Source: Leptogorgia sarmentosa
Lineage: Eukaryota
NCBI GenBank assembly: GCA_964658305.1
Contig: OZ210885.1
Coordinates: forward strand, 1,116,001 to 1,180,000
Direction: 5' to 3'
DNA length: 64,000 nucleotides
The number at the start of each line of letters is the position of its first letter. The stretch's first letter is position 1. The notes beneath the pieces are model-generated. The model saw nothing but the letters and a program-made list of their open reading frames with translations, was not told the origin of the DNA and did not search any database. Shown in pieces: positions 1-12,913 of the stretch. The position numbers and the translations under genes were made by a program.

Positions 1-3000
1 AAAATAAGAGCATCGTCATCTTTCATCAGGGTATCAATCAATAATCTAGAAAAATAAACATTGTAATCTATAAATTTGTGTGAAGCATGCACCCAGCACA
101 TTCGTTATTGTTATATAGTTGGTGTCAAAGTTCAATTTTCCTGTTTGCTGATTGGACAAAACCGTATCACGTGCCGGTCCACAAAACGTCATGTTCGCCA
201 ACCGGTCAAAAATCAAAAAATTATTGACCGGGCAACAATTAAATGGGCACAATGCGCATGCGCGTCATCCGTGAAGTCCAAAGTTCATTCAATCGTACGA
301 TGTTTTGAAATTTTTACGATGTTTTGATGGCGTAAGGAGTCCCATTCAATGTCTGTTTTTTGGTTTCAAGGTTCACTCCAGTATTAAACGGGTGAATTCA
401 TTCATATTTTGACACTAAACTATATAACAAAACACTTATTTACTGAAACCTCGAGAAACATTGTGTTTTGTGGCCCCTCGACCGCCATTGTTGCCCTCGG
501 CTTCGCCTCGGGCAACAACGGCGGTCTCGGGGCCACAAAACACAATGTTTCCCTCGGTATCAGTAAATAAGTGATAATTAATCCACTGTCACATCTATGA
601 AAAGAAGAAAATCGCAGTACAAAGGGTATCAAGAAATAACTCGTGTGAACGGGCTTTAATAAGATCCGAATTCCATACATCATTATTAATAAATATACAT
701 AAAAGTATTACTCGACTGTGATTGGTTCATTTCAGTGCAGTTAATCCAAAATCACAGTGCGATTTTCTGTAATCACAGTGCAACTTTCTGTAATCACAGT
801 GTAATTTTGTGTAATCACAGTGCGATTTTCTGTAATCACAGTGCAATTTTCTGTTATCACTGTTCAAAGTTCAAACTAGTCCCTCACCTGATATCCTGTT
901 CTCTTATGTAAGAATATTCATAAGTGTACATATTTGAAGGTTCATAACGTTCTAAGATCAGCAATAATTGTCGCAAATCGTCTTTGCTCAATGAGTCGAG
1001 AGTATCATCGCTGATGGCTCTCTCGCCATCCTTCGACAGGATGTTAAATATCTGTAAAATAACAAAAGTAGCCATATTTTTAAAATTTTTATATATGTAT
1101 AGCAACATTTTGGGTATTGTATTTCAAATGGGATTATTCGTATATTATTGGTTTGAATTTAAAACTGCAGTACCACGTGGCACTGAAACATTCGACGATA
1201 ATTTATCATATTCTTGCTTCTTTCTAAAACTTCTTTGGATTAAAAAAATCTTTGAAATTCCTAAACTTTAGAAACTGTATGGATGATGGTCTACCATAAT
1301 TATGTTTACAGCGGAAAGTTGTTTATCGGACTTTACCTACAGGAACTTTGGACCCTACAGGAACTTTGAAGTTTGGACGCTACCGCGAGTTTTAAAAGTC
1401 ATAAATTCTAACATCAAGTTGTAATACAGTAATAGTTTTGTACCATGCAGGTTTTATAAGTTTTCTTGTTTTTGACCAGGTTTTTTAATTTCTCTCAACA
1501 GTTTTGTACAAGGTTTTTTTACGCTCAGATATGACCAGGGCATGTAAATCAAGAAATGTCTAAAAAGAGATATATAGGCAACAACAATCTATATAAAATA
1601 TCTTACTTGCACCGATGCAGTTTCACGGTTTGTTTTCCAGTGGATAACTTCCTGCATAGAAAAAAAACTTGAATTGAATTGAAGTTGGCAACAGGGGGGA
1701 GGAGAGGGGGGTGTGTATATTAAACAATTATTGAATGAGGTCGAGTAAGATATGAGGAATTATTAAGGCCGAGGTTTGTGTTATTCGCAGAAGCCGAAGA
1801 CAACACAAACCGAGGCCTTAAAATTCAGCATATCCTACGAGAACCGAATTCAATAATTGTTTTATTAATTATTGTACACAAGAACCTTTATTTGAGAAAG
1901 CAATTTGTATTTTTCATGTATATTTGTGTTCTGCCCGAGGGATTTCTTTAGAAATCACTAATCAGTTGTTTTTTTTAATCAATTTAAAAAGTAATCCGTC
2001 GGTCAAAACACGACTATATAAATATATTATTACACGAATAACGTTCTAGTTTTGCCCCTGGCAAGTGGCAGCAAGCGTTGAGTTGTTGGGAAATTTAGGA
2101 TGTTTTCAAGAGTAATTTTTTCCTAATCATAATCCGTTCTCTGATTGGCTGATATGATATTCTCAAACTGGCTAACTTTGGGCTAGTCAATGCGACTCGT
2201 TTAAACAGCCAATCACAGCTGGCATTTCTATACTTGACCTAATATTTTTACTGCATTTTGAACCCTGTAAGGTTTTTATGATTTCACAGTACCTTGAGCA
2301 AATAGGAAATAGATTCTATAGTTAATGGTCCTTTTTCCAGAGCTTCTTTCAGCATTTCTCTGAACAGTTTAGAAATAAAGTTCAAAAATTGACATACAGG
2401 GGCCTGCAGTTGTATAAGACTCTTAACTACGTTTTAACTACCCGTTTCGCAGTTAAAAATGGTAGTTAACTTCGAAATACACGTTTCTGATTGGTCAATT
2501 TTCGCACTTAACTAAAGTTAACTTTAACTACGTTTTTATACAACCGGCCCCAGAAGTACTTCATGATTGGTTTTTAAAAAGTTAATTAAAAGAAGTGGCC
2601 AAACTACTCCGAAAAATTCGAAAACATTTATCATGACTATTGATTTCCTTTTCGCGGTCTTTGAACGCATGCAGGAATACTTTGGAGCCATTTTTACCTT
2701 GCAGTTTCCAAATGGGCATTTCCCATGGTCATTCTACCATAGCCAGGATATTTCCAATCAACATCAAGTTGAGATAAAGGGATATAAGAGGAATTCCCAC
2801 AACCAGTGTCATTGTACTCCTCCAGTTTGTCCAACCGAGAAAACAAAATTGCCACAGCAATATTATGACTACCAAATGAATTCACTTGATGGTAATAACC
2901 TGTACAAGATTTTATTCGATAAAGATTAACATGTGTTATTACAGGGGCGGATTTTCTGGGGGGTGAGCACGTTTTTGCAGCCCCTCCATTCATGATGTGT

Positions 3001-5078
3001 TACACAGTGTGTTACACAGCCATTACAATGTGCTGTAGTGATACTACAGTAGGTGTTACAATGCCTGATATTGTTTCAAAATTTTGCTACATGATGTTGG
3101 AGAGAGTGTTACATGATGTTATACAGTGCTACCCTAATCCCCTAACTGTCAGTTTATCCAGAAACTAACCCTAAACTCTGATGTAACCAATATGTAGTAT
3201 ATCACATAACACTTTGTATAGGCCACTGTTACTGTTATTTTTTACTCAACTTAACAACCCACTTTAAATCATGCGTCATACTATAAAGATTATTTCTTCA
3301 TACAGTATGTCAGTATTTCAATTGGGAACAGTTAGAAATCATCAACTATAAGATCCTGCGGTAGGAATCGAACCTTCATGTGCAGGTTTGAAACAAAATT
3401 TATATTGAATCTTATTAGCCATTTCCTAATGGACAGGAGACCTGACAACAGTGCAGTAGACAAGGTCAGTACCGTATTAAAACATCGAACCATGGTGTAA
3501 ATGGTCCATCAAAATAATCCATAGATGCTTTGCAGGTTATCAGTTAGGAAATGGCTAATTGTATTAATTGAAAAATGTATTTATAATTCTGTGGACTTAC
3601 TTTTAGGTAAAAATAAACAGTCACCCGCATTCACAGTCACAAATGACCAAGGGACATTCTTAATTTTGGAATATTTAATGAGATCTACAGCATCAACAGG
3701 TATCACTGAATATCCACCAATCTCATACTCAGGTTCCCATGCCTTATATATCATCTCCTCGTATTTATATTCAATCATTTTCCATTCTTTTGTGCCATTG
3801 TACAGACAATTCATTGCATTAAATGCATCCTAAGCAAATAAATATGCTTATAAATCATCTTTTTTGGAACAAAGGGCCTAAGCCTCTACCTCTTTGGGGC
3901 CTCCATCCTTCTCACACCACTCCCCTCCCAGTTCCTACACCTACACGTGCACTGGAGAGTAATTACCTTATGCAAGAGACTTTTACTGCCTCCCCCACTC
4001 ATCCATAGATCAATTTCAACAATACGGTCAGCAAATGTTCCACATGTTAAGCAAGGTTGAACATTGATGTCATCCCACATTGGCGTTGGTAACTCTGACA
4101 CAACATAACTGTTCACATCGTGATAACGATCCACAAAGCTTCCTTAATAAAGTAAGCAGAAAAACTTTTTAACAACACATTTGTGCATATTCAGTTAAAG
4201 CCTCACAAACAATTCACAAAGACCCCTAGCAAAGACACCAGAGTCAAGGGCACAAATATGGGGGTGGGGATGGGGGAAAGGGGGACAAATTCCCACCTTT
4301 AGGAACAATTAATGCAGACTCTTTTTTTATTTAAACGTATATATTTATTATTGACGTTTGCCCAAGAGCTATTGAGCTCATCTAAGGGTTCACCACTCTA
4401 AAGTGGTTGTTTCAGGTAATCTGGAGGTTTTAAATGTCACAATTTTTTTTGCCTCTGTGCTTCACAAAATTGAAAATTCTGGCTCACACCACTAGGTTTG
4501 AAATTGTTCCTACATCCTACGTGGAATATTCGCCCCCTGGTCAAAAATCCCCCCACCTTTCGGGAAAGGATTGTCACCTTGCATACTGTAGATTCCTATA
4601 TAATACGTATATCGGGATGTTCACTTCAGTCATGCTTTAAGTATCCACAAATAGCAAGGGAAATGCAAAAGCAACACTTTCCAACTGCTTTTAGTTTAAA
4701 AAAAATGTATTTTAGCCTACCAATTGTATCTCTTCCCAATCCTTTAGCACCGATAGGCACTCTTCCTGATTTCTCTCCTTTACTTTCCAAACGTACTTCC
4801 AAATCACCATATTTCTCCTTCAAATATTCATCAGTCCATAATTGATAAGCTTTGGAATGTTTTGCAGCACCTCTCAACACGACAGGTCTGGATATCTTTA
4901 CATATTTATTCCAAAATTCAAGTGGGCTTGGAATATCATCTCGTTCTTCGATCGTGTCTGGTTCTCTGTGTGATCCAAGTGGTTCCAGATGACCTTTGGG
5001 AAATTTCTCTTCAGATTTATCGGTGAAAAATAGTAGAATGAATGTTAAGAGAAAGCTATGCTTATGGTGTAAAACCAT
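1..5078 (-). CDS. Signal-peptide JmjC (cupin-like) Fe(II)/2-oxoglutarate oxygenase, 3'-truncated by the window edge. Exons 5078-4721, 4142-3967, 3829-3601, 2899-2698, 2359-2293, 1651-1607, 1051-888, 45-<1
   Basis: All junctions are GT-AG and phase-consistent. The product starts MVLHHKHSFLLTFILLFF (hydrophobic leader), then EFWNKYVKISRPVVLRGAA..WTDEYL (JMJD7/JMJD8-like N-terminus) and LWMSGGGSKSLLHK|DAFNAMNC (HxD split by an intron). GDCLFLPKS|YYHQV supplies the distal His. A helical, possibly EF-hand-like tail follows. Confidence 0.85.
433..573. repeat. Imperfect palindromic hairpin element in JmjC intron
   Basis: cacttatttactga...gaaacattgtgttttgtggccc...ggcttcgcc...ggggccacaaaacacaatgtttc...tcagtaaataagtg; the arms are reverse complements. 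Confidence 0.85.
750..862. repeat. 21-bp tandem repeat, ~5 copies (aatcacagtgcgattttctgt)
   Basis: Directly visible periodicity. Confidence 0.9.
1722..1862. repeat. Imperfect palindromic hairpin element
   Basis: aaacaattattgaat...ggccgaggtttgtgtt...aacacaaaccgaggcc...attcaataattgttt. Confidence 0.8.
2399..2551. mobile_element. MITE-like element; related copies at ~15160-15305 and ~32300-32445
   Basis: Imperfect terminal inverted repeats ggggcc..gttgtataa / ttatacaaccggcccc, with ttaactacg internal motifs shared by the other copies. Confidence 0.6.
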
Positions 5079-5952
5079 GGTAGATTTCCTGTTGAAGTTA
5101 TTGCATTTTATTCCTATCTGGATGTAAACAATTTCGTGTTTAAAATAAACACAATACAACTGCTCAACCGCAATGATTCTTTGTGTATTTAGCTGATGTT
5201 TTTTTTACATTGGAACTAAATCACATCGACCAAAAGGTGATAATTGGTGATCTCAATTTCACTACAGAAACTGGACAGTCAAAAGTGGGCATATCGGGTA
5301 CCTGTCGGTTTTTTCTGACCAATGACAATTCACAAATTTAAAATTCCGCTAATTGTTTGAGATATTTGGGAGCAAGACATGGTTTTCGACTTATCGCCGC
5401 CCACAAAATATATTGAACGCAAAGATGATCAACAAAAAATATATATTTTACAAAATTGATGTCCAACAACATTTTGTCTGTTTACAGAACAAAACAAAAT
5501 CTTGAGCAACCAGCAGTTCAACATTTCTTATGACTCATTTCAATACCTCAAAATCATTTTACACTTCAACCCCGGGCACCAAGTATGGTAAGTAATTACA
5601 TGCAGAGGTCTGTTGTGCCCACTTTTTTTACTTGATGCGTGCATCTGATTGGATGACGACTAAATTCGGAAAATCTCGAAAAGAAGTTCCAGAAAAACTC
5701 CTAAAGAAAGGTTTCCTTCGGGATTTTCCGAATTTTGTCAGCCAATACCTAATATACATTCTCAACTCAAGTAGTACATCAAGTTCTTGGAGTTTAGTTG
5801 ATTTAAGTTGAGAAGATCGATAGTTGCATTCTTGGTTAGTGAATCGAAACAAGCGAGGGGTTGCAGCATGTAAGTTTTCCTAGTTTTAACAATGTTAGGT
5901 CGATTGTAACCAATGCAATGTTATCTTGACGTGACCAGACCACATCGAAATA

Positions 5953-6169
5953 ACCAATGTAATGTTAGCTCGATATGACCAAAGTAATGTTAGCTCGATA
6001 TGACCAATGTAATGTTAGCTCGATATGACCAATGTAATGTTAGCTCGATATGACCAATGTAATGTTAGCTCCATATGACCAATGTAATGTTAGCTCCATA
6101 TGACCAATGTAATGTTAGCTCGATATGACCAATGTAATGTTAGCTCCATATGAACAATGTAATGTTAGC
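5953..6169. repeat. 25-bp minisatellite, ~8.7 copies (accaatgtaatgttagctcgatatg), starting ~15 nt after the EMC10 stop codon
   Basis: Units start at 5953, 5978, ... with period 25. Confidence 0.92.
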
Positions 6170-6183
6170 AGCGCCTTTCCCTG

Positions 6184-9100
6184 TTAGTTCGCAGGGGCTC
6201 CTCCTCCTCCACCACCAGTGGCACCCCCGGCAGGAGGCTCTTGTCCTGACAGCAAGAGAAATAACACCAAAGGTACGATATACATCCACTGAAAAAAAAA
6301 GAAAATTACGTTCGTGAAAGCAGACTTCAATTGCCCGGGCCGAATACAAACACTAATGAGCGAGTAGAAATTTCACTGCTTGTTCATCGCGTGATTTTCC
6401 GCAATGATCAACACAAATTAAAGGTGTTTTAGAGGAGAACTTACATTATCAAGGATTGGATGAAAGGTTTACACATTCATTCCATTCATTCAAATGTTAA
6501 AGAATATTATAACATCTAATTTAAACTTACATATTTAGCCAGAAACGATCGGTTGTCTTTTCCTTTGCCTCGTTCTTTTTCGCGTCTTTCATCTTCCAAC
6601 TTCTTAATGTATGTCTGGGTATCGGGGCTATGAAAATTACCCAAGTGTTTTAAATTGTCAATAATAAAACCAAATACAAAAATTACAATGTTGAAAATAC
6701 ATAAAAACATTCCTGAAGGAATGTGACAATAAAAATTTAGTTTGTCTTTTTGATAGAACTGCTTTTAAAATTATTAATAATTAATCATTACAGATTTTCA
6801 TATTTCGCCTGAATGCCCAATTTGTAAAATTTTGTATCTGAACAAATTCGGCTTGGATCCAAAATATAATTCCGGTCTCAAAATGAACATTGCATAAATG
6901 GTAAATGTCCGCACGAGCTTGCATGGATAGGACAACTTGCTTTCAATTATTTCACACAAAATATTTCGAGAGCAAAACAACATGCGGAGGTTGGAAAATG
7001 ATTTTCATGTAATTTAAAACGTCCATTTAAACTGAGACAAAATCAAATTTCATTGTCACATTCTCTTAATTGAATATGAAAACATACGCAGGTCCTGGAG
7101 TGACATGCGACAATACGACAGTAGTATTAAACCGTTCTTTGTCCATTAATTCCTGTTGAAAATAAAGACAATAAACTGTTACCCCTGTTGCTGAAAATAA
7201 AGACAATAAACGTTACTGTTGTGGGAAGTGACCACCAAACACTATTGAATGTAATAACTATATTCTTTTGCGCCGTTTTCAGATCAATCAGGAGCTGTGT
7301 AAACGTAGTGTAAAAGATACATTTATGTATAATCTTATGACGTTTTGTTACGCTACGTGGCAAAAACTATACCAGGATGCTTTGCGAGTATTTATTTGTT
7401 GTCGTTTTCTGTCACGATTCCCGTAATGCATGCTGGTAATGGTGACGCTGCGCAACAAATATCTACTTCAAAATTTGAGAAGCAAAAATAAAATTTTTCG
7501 TGAAATTGTATTTCAACGAACTGTTGGCTACTCACGTGATGACTGCTAATATCACTGCAATCAGCTGACGTTGTTGACAAACCAATGGCAAATATTTGAC
7601 CTGAAAAAATAACTCAGCTACTGTATTTATAAACTGTAAAACAGATCCCTAACAGGTGAAAATGTACAACAGATCCCCTCCCATGCAGGTCTAGAAATTG
7701 AAGCACTCCTATCAATATAGACGCATTACCAGAAAATAAACCTTTTTTCCAAAAGTTAAGTGCTCGATCTCAGTGGAGCTACTGTACGGTACTGCCCCAA
7801 CTGTTATAGTCTTACATACAGTCCACGTCAGTTATAGTCCACGCAAGCCAATCTAGCGCATGCGCAACAAATTTCCCAGCTGTTCTTACATACTCTATTA
7901 CATCACTATAATTTGTAAAACTGCGCCACAGTCCCCCCCCCCCTCCCCCCATAGCGCTATAGACCCAAGCAATACTTATTAGCAGGGGGTGAGATGCCGA
8001 AAAATTTACACCTGCAGTGAGATATTTTCAATCTCGCAAGCCAGGGTAATTTCATTTCCCGCCAATAACTCTGTGTTTTCAAAATGGCGACGTTGTGTAA
8101 GAACCGTGAACCGTGTGTTGTCTCCCATATTGCGCATGTGTCACAATACAATTATCTTATGTGATTCATATTCTGGCGTATAGAAATGAATGGTGATGTA
8201 TCAATCCCTGCGGATCATGTTAGGACGGCATTTGAGATACGTTGTCTTCACGTATGTACACGTATGTACTTTCACTCCATTTCACGCCAGAATACGAAAC
8301 GTATATGTACAACACTTCGTATCGTGCAGATTGGCCGCATGTTGCACTTCCTCTTCACTTGCATAGGTCAAGTAAAACATGATATGATTCTACTAGACTG
8401 ACCTGTGTGATCGAAATTCAGTTTTATGATATCCGAGAAATTCGACTGCAGCAACGAACACTAAAAATAGACACAGGGATTTGTTTCAGTTACTGCTGCT
8501 AGAGATAACACACAAGACATTTCAAATTGCGCTCCAGTTATCGAAGAGCAATCATGAATTTCTTTTTGGAAACAAAGTTAATTTCCACTAAATTTGAGTA
8601 TAAATTCCCAGACGAATATTATGAGTTCATCGCGCAAATTATGTCCTTATTTGCACTTTGAGCTTGGCAAGCTACAATACAAACATAAGCATGTTTCCGT
8701 AAAAAAAACCACGTCACAAGTGGAAAGCAAATACAGTATCTTCGTTCTTGATAGCTATGCAGCAAGCATCATTTTGAGGAGAAAAAAAATATAAATGTTC
8801 ATCACGTACGAGTGACTGACACACCACAATCGGGCTGTGTCGACTAATCAAATTCGCCTCAAAATTTACACTAATTTTAAGTCTGATAACCGAAATCTAT
8901 CAATAATTAGGTAAGAAAACGACGTGAGCAAAAACGAGGTACAGTTGTAGTTTCTTCACAAATTCACTCAGTCATTATCACTTACTGCACAAACTGCAAT
9001 AACGTTATAGTTGTGTAAAGTTGGAAATCGATATACAAGCTGTACATGTATTAATTTTGTAGTAAGAACTCACAGCTTTGATGAAAGTTGACAAGTAATA

Positions 9101-11089
9101 AGGATCGTTTGATTCTTCACTTTCTAGTGGCTGAACTGCAATGCGGATGTGATAAAAATTCCCCTTATACGCAGCCTCCTAGAAAAAAACAGAACAACAG
9201 AGAGTTGCAAAATGTGCTCACGAACTACTGAAGCAAAGAACTGAACAGCTAGGGTGAACTTAGGTGAATTTACGACTGTCAGATATCTGCAAGTTAAATG
9301 AACAAATTGCGTGTTAGACTAAAGTCTGATCTGAGAATAAGGGAATTTTGGGAAAGAAGTTATGAAAATGAGTGAAATTCCAAAACTTGGAAATGAAACT
9401 TTGTATGTAAAAGAAGGAAAATATAGTCTTGCTAAATTTGGCAAATTTGAATATAATTATTTGTGTTTTGTGCGGGGATTGGTAAGGTTCCGAGTTCTGA
9501 CAATTTGTTTTCTTCTCCCATTGGCCACCACATATTTCATAAGTGACGTCAACCATGTGTATGACAGATGTTACAATACCATTTTTGGCAGCAACGCAAA
9601 CAAAATACCTTGAGCGAATCATGAAATTCCTTTGGCAGTATTTCATCGTCTTTATAAGATCCAATGGTTCCCTTTATGTTTTTTACTGTAATCTTTCCCC
9701 TAAAAGTGACATAAAAATTTATCAAAAGGACTTGTGGCTTACAAGACATTATTACCTAAAACAGGCGTTGCTTACATATGTATTTAGAGCCTTGTAGAGC
9801 ATACAACTTTGGCATACAAGCATCTCTTTACAGTACATTGCCAGTTTTTATTATATGTTATAACATGGTAATGTAAAAATTCTGAGTTTTAAGGCCCATT
9901 TACACTTGCAACTTTCAATGTGATTTCTAGTGCGATTTTCTCCTTTTGATGGATGTGAATGAGTAAATCAGTTACAAACGCTCAGGAGAGGAAGCACACA
10001 CTCAACACATTTGTTATTAATCCACTCCTTCACATCTATCAAAAGGAGAAAATCACACCAGAAATCGCAGCGAAAGTTGCAAGTGTGTAAACAGGCCTTT
10101 AGGCTTTTCCAAATAGAAATAATCCAGCATCCTTTTTATGCTCCGAGATAAAGCTTTAAGGTTTTTGGAGAACAAACTTTTTTGAATTACTGAAGGTGTA
10201 TACAGTACCTTTGTTGGAATTCCAATGTTGATCCTGAAATGAAAATAATAAATCATAAGAAATGGTGAGGTTGATCACACAATCACTCCAGTATGGAAGA
10301 TAGTGGAAAATAAAACATAACAAGTCCAGTTAAAAAAGAAGGCATTGTTGGCACAAACATCATTAATGATCTTGAGATTGACAATCAATTAAATTAAGAT
10401 GATCAATAATCATAGGTGCGGAATCAGCCCTTCTCACGCTATGCAACCAGGCCTTAAATTAAAAATTTAGATAGGGGAAATTCCAAATTCATATGTATCT
10501 GCGTAAATATTTTTTTACTGTTGCTAACTATATGTGGAGTTTCAGTAGAGAGAAAAGATGCAATGAAAATATTTTAACATGCATCTGATCATAAAATCCC
10601 TCCTAAATATCACCACGTTGGGTGTTAAGTTTGCATAATTTCATCTGCTACAACAAAGGCATTATGATGCTAGCAAAACATCACATTTTACCTTTTCTGA
10701 GACTGATAGCATGCTCCACTTTTAATGTTAAACCTTCATTACCCAACTCACTCTACAAACAAAACAAAAATATTGACTAGTTGGGTACAAAACACTATAT
10801 ATACACGTTATTGTCCATGATTAAAGCAATTAACGTAACTAATTTGGGTTTTAAACTGGGATACCCTGCACTCAGTCAGTTACAGTCTCTACTCTCTACC
10901 AATAAGTTAATAATTTGTCATTTTTTGCATATTTTTCTGGTTTATTGTCATTTTAAACACATTTCAAACATCTGTATAGTTTGAGCAACATGGATCTTTC
11001 CAACTAACCGTTTTACAACCGACAAAAAAGCCAATAAACACGATAGAAAACATGAACCTTGAAAAAACTGCCACATTTTTGGCGTCCAT
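6184..11089 (-). CDS. EMC10: ER membrane protein complex subunit 10, 250 aa. Exons 11089-11009, 10752-10692, 10233-10209, 9699-9609, 9178-9074, 8460-8403, 7600-7536, 7152-7088, 6627-6531, 6288-6184
   Basis: Ten phase-consistent GT-AG exons total 753 nt. The product has the signal peptide MDAKNVAVFSRFMFSIVFIGFFVGCKT, then LTLKVEHAI, FQQRGKI, GNFYHIRI, STFIKA|CSLLQSNFSD, FNTTVVL..GPAPDTQTYIKKLEDE and SFLAKY|WMYIVPLVLFLLLSG with a Gly-rich tail, matching recalled EMC10 motifs. Confidence 0.92.
9892..10098. mobile_element. MITE with long (~75 bp) terminal inverted repeats in an EMC10 intron
   Basis: ggcccatttacacttgcaactttc...gattttctccttttgat vs atcaaaaggagaaaatc...gaaagttgcaagtgtgtaaacaggcc. 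Confidence 0.75.
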
Positions 11090-11495
11090 ATTGGAATATG
11101 AAAATACTTCATGTTGTGGCAATATGAAAGATATGCTTCCACAATCACATAACAGATTTCATGATTTTCCAACAATTGGTGAATATCTTCAGACCCTCAC
11201 CATAGATTAAGTAACATATAGACACAGTATAAAAGATACATAGTGAAAAATATTATTAATGAAATGTGGTATAGTGAAACTGTTGAACGTTCCTGTTCAG
11301 GCATAAGTATTTGAGCATATATTAACATGTGCGCATGCCCTATCCCGTAATATTGCCGCACGCACAGTATAACGCACATAAATACAATAAAGGCACAATA
11401 CTATTATATCGGGTAAGAATCCAATTCTCTTTATTAATTCTTACAATTTTAATATTGTACAGCTTTTGTAATTTAGTTCTTAAATATTCCCAGTA

Positions 11496-11729
11496 CTGCC
11501 TCGTACCCAGGCGTCTCCGGATGGTTGACATTACACCATTGTTAGACCGAACGGTTGACATCGTTACATGAAGTACTCTAGCGCGCGAAGGGCCTTATGG
11601 GAAGACCCAGGCAGGGTGCATCCTTCCCAATATTCCTTTCGCGCATTGTGCAAATTCATATTCCAGTTATATTTAGTTCAATGTGCAAATAACGCGCGTC
11701 GACTTTCAGAGCGCCTGGGTACGAGGCAG
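11496..11729. mobile_element. Non-autonomous DNA transposon (MITE) with 9-bp target-site duplication, Mutator-like
   Basis: TIRs ctgcctcgtacccaggcg / cgcctgggtacgaggcag flanked on both sides by ttcccagta (11487-11495, 11730-11738). Confidence 0.85.
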
Positions 11730-12469
11730 TTCCCAGTATGCTTCCGGCAAATTCTCTTCGGTGCATAGCTACAAATCCTTCTCCTGTTTCTTTATCATAT
11801 TAAATATATAAACTGCAGGTTATAAGAAAAATAACACTCCCCTGTCTTTATCGTCTCGTAAGGGTTCGGACCAAGTACTCTTGAAACAACGATTCTATTG
11901 ACGTAAGATCTGGGTCGGACTCCAAACTTAAAAGAGAGGGTGTGCGGCTATGCGCACATATGTTGAAGAGTGGAGGAGGATGACTATTTCCACGCAAAGT
12001 TTTGGTGGTAGATAGTCTGTTGAACACAATGTTCACAGTTTCCCTCGTAATACGGGGCCCGATAACCGAAGCGGCGCTTGTGTTTACTGCATCCGTTGAA
12101 AAATAGCGTTCATCAAATTGCAGTGTTTTTTTAATTTCCCATGGACTACTTCGTCCACGTGTAGATTTTTTTGCCCAGAACATGAATTCATGGTAGTAGT
12201 AGTGTGCGTGTCTAATAAAGTAATAATAGCAGTGGTTATATTGCGGTTGACCGCATGCACACGTCATTGTGCTCGACCGCATGCACACGTCATAACAGGG
12301 TATAAAAGAGGTGGACTGGCGACTCTTTGTTATAATTAGACGGACTGCCGAAAAGATGAAGTGTTTACACGGCGAACCGGCAGATCATGCGGTAACTCAA
12401 AAAGGATCTTTCGTATATTTTTTGTTATTCTTTAGCTCAGTGACCCTCACCCTCTCACCACAATTGCAT

Positions 12470-12545
12470 TTTGTGCGCATGCTCGGCAAGTAACTTGATG
12501 CGTGCATCTGATGAGGTGACGACCTGATGACGACTAAATCTAAAC
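12470..12545. repeat. Dispersed repeat fragment; other copies at ~5628-5668 and, inverted, ~49750-49820
   Basis: Shared string acttgatgcgtgcatctgat...gatgacgactaaat. Confidence 0.7.
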
Positions 12546-12913
12546 TAGCATGCGTAGTTGATCACTATTTTGCCAGACTGCCTTAAAAAATAGGCACGTA
12601 CGATGCGTGCATGCGTCTACGTTGATGTCTTCCATTTGAAACTCGCCGTATGATCAGTATAATACAATCCGAAAATATAATGTGACGCGTTTGAACTTCG
12701 TTTTAACACGATTCCAGTAAAATTCGATGTTTTGTGTGTGGACGCCTGTTAATTTGAATTTGTTTCGAAAATGGAATGTTAAAAATGTCACAGTTAATCC
12801 ACAACACAATAAATTATTTCAATGTCTTTCAAACAATAACAATAGAGGTGTGAGTAGAACGCGCTTTGTCAAAACGCTACACTAAATTTTGTTTCAAAAC
12901 CCTTCTAACCCTT

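Noticed and set aside
3355..3380. tRNA B-box-like GGTTCGATTCC on the minus strand
   Set aside because: No cloverleaf could be built; at most a SINE remnant
5953..6169. Possible CRISPR array
   Set aside because: Head-to-tail 25-bp units without spacers
11848..12288. 146-aa minus-strand ORF upstream of EMC10
   Set aside because: No recognisable motif, and the EMC10 model is already complete with its own signal-peptide exon
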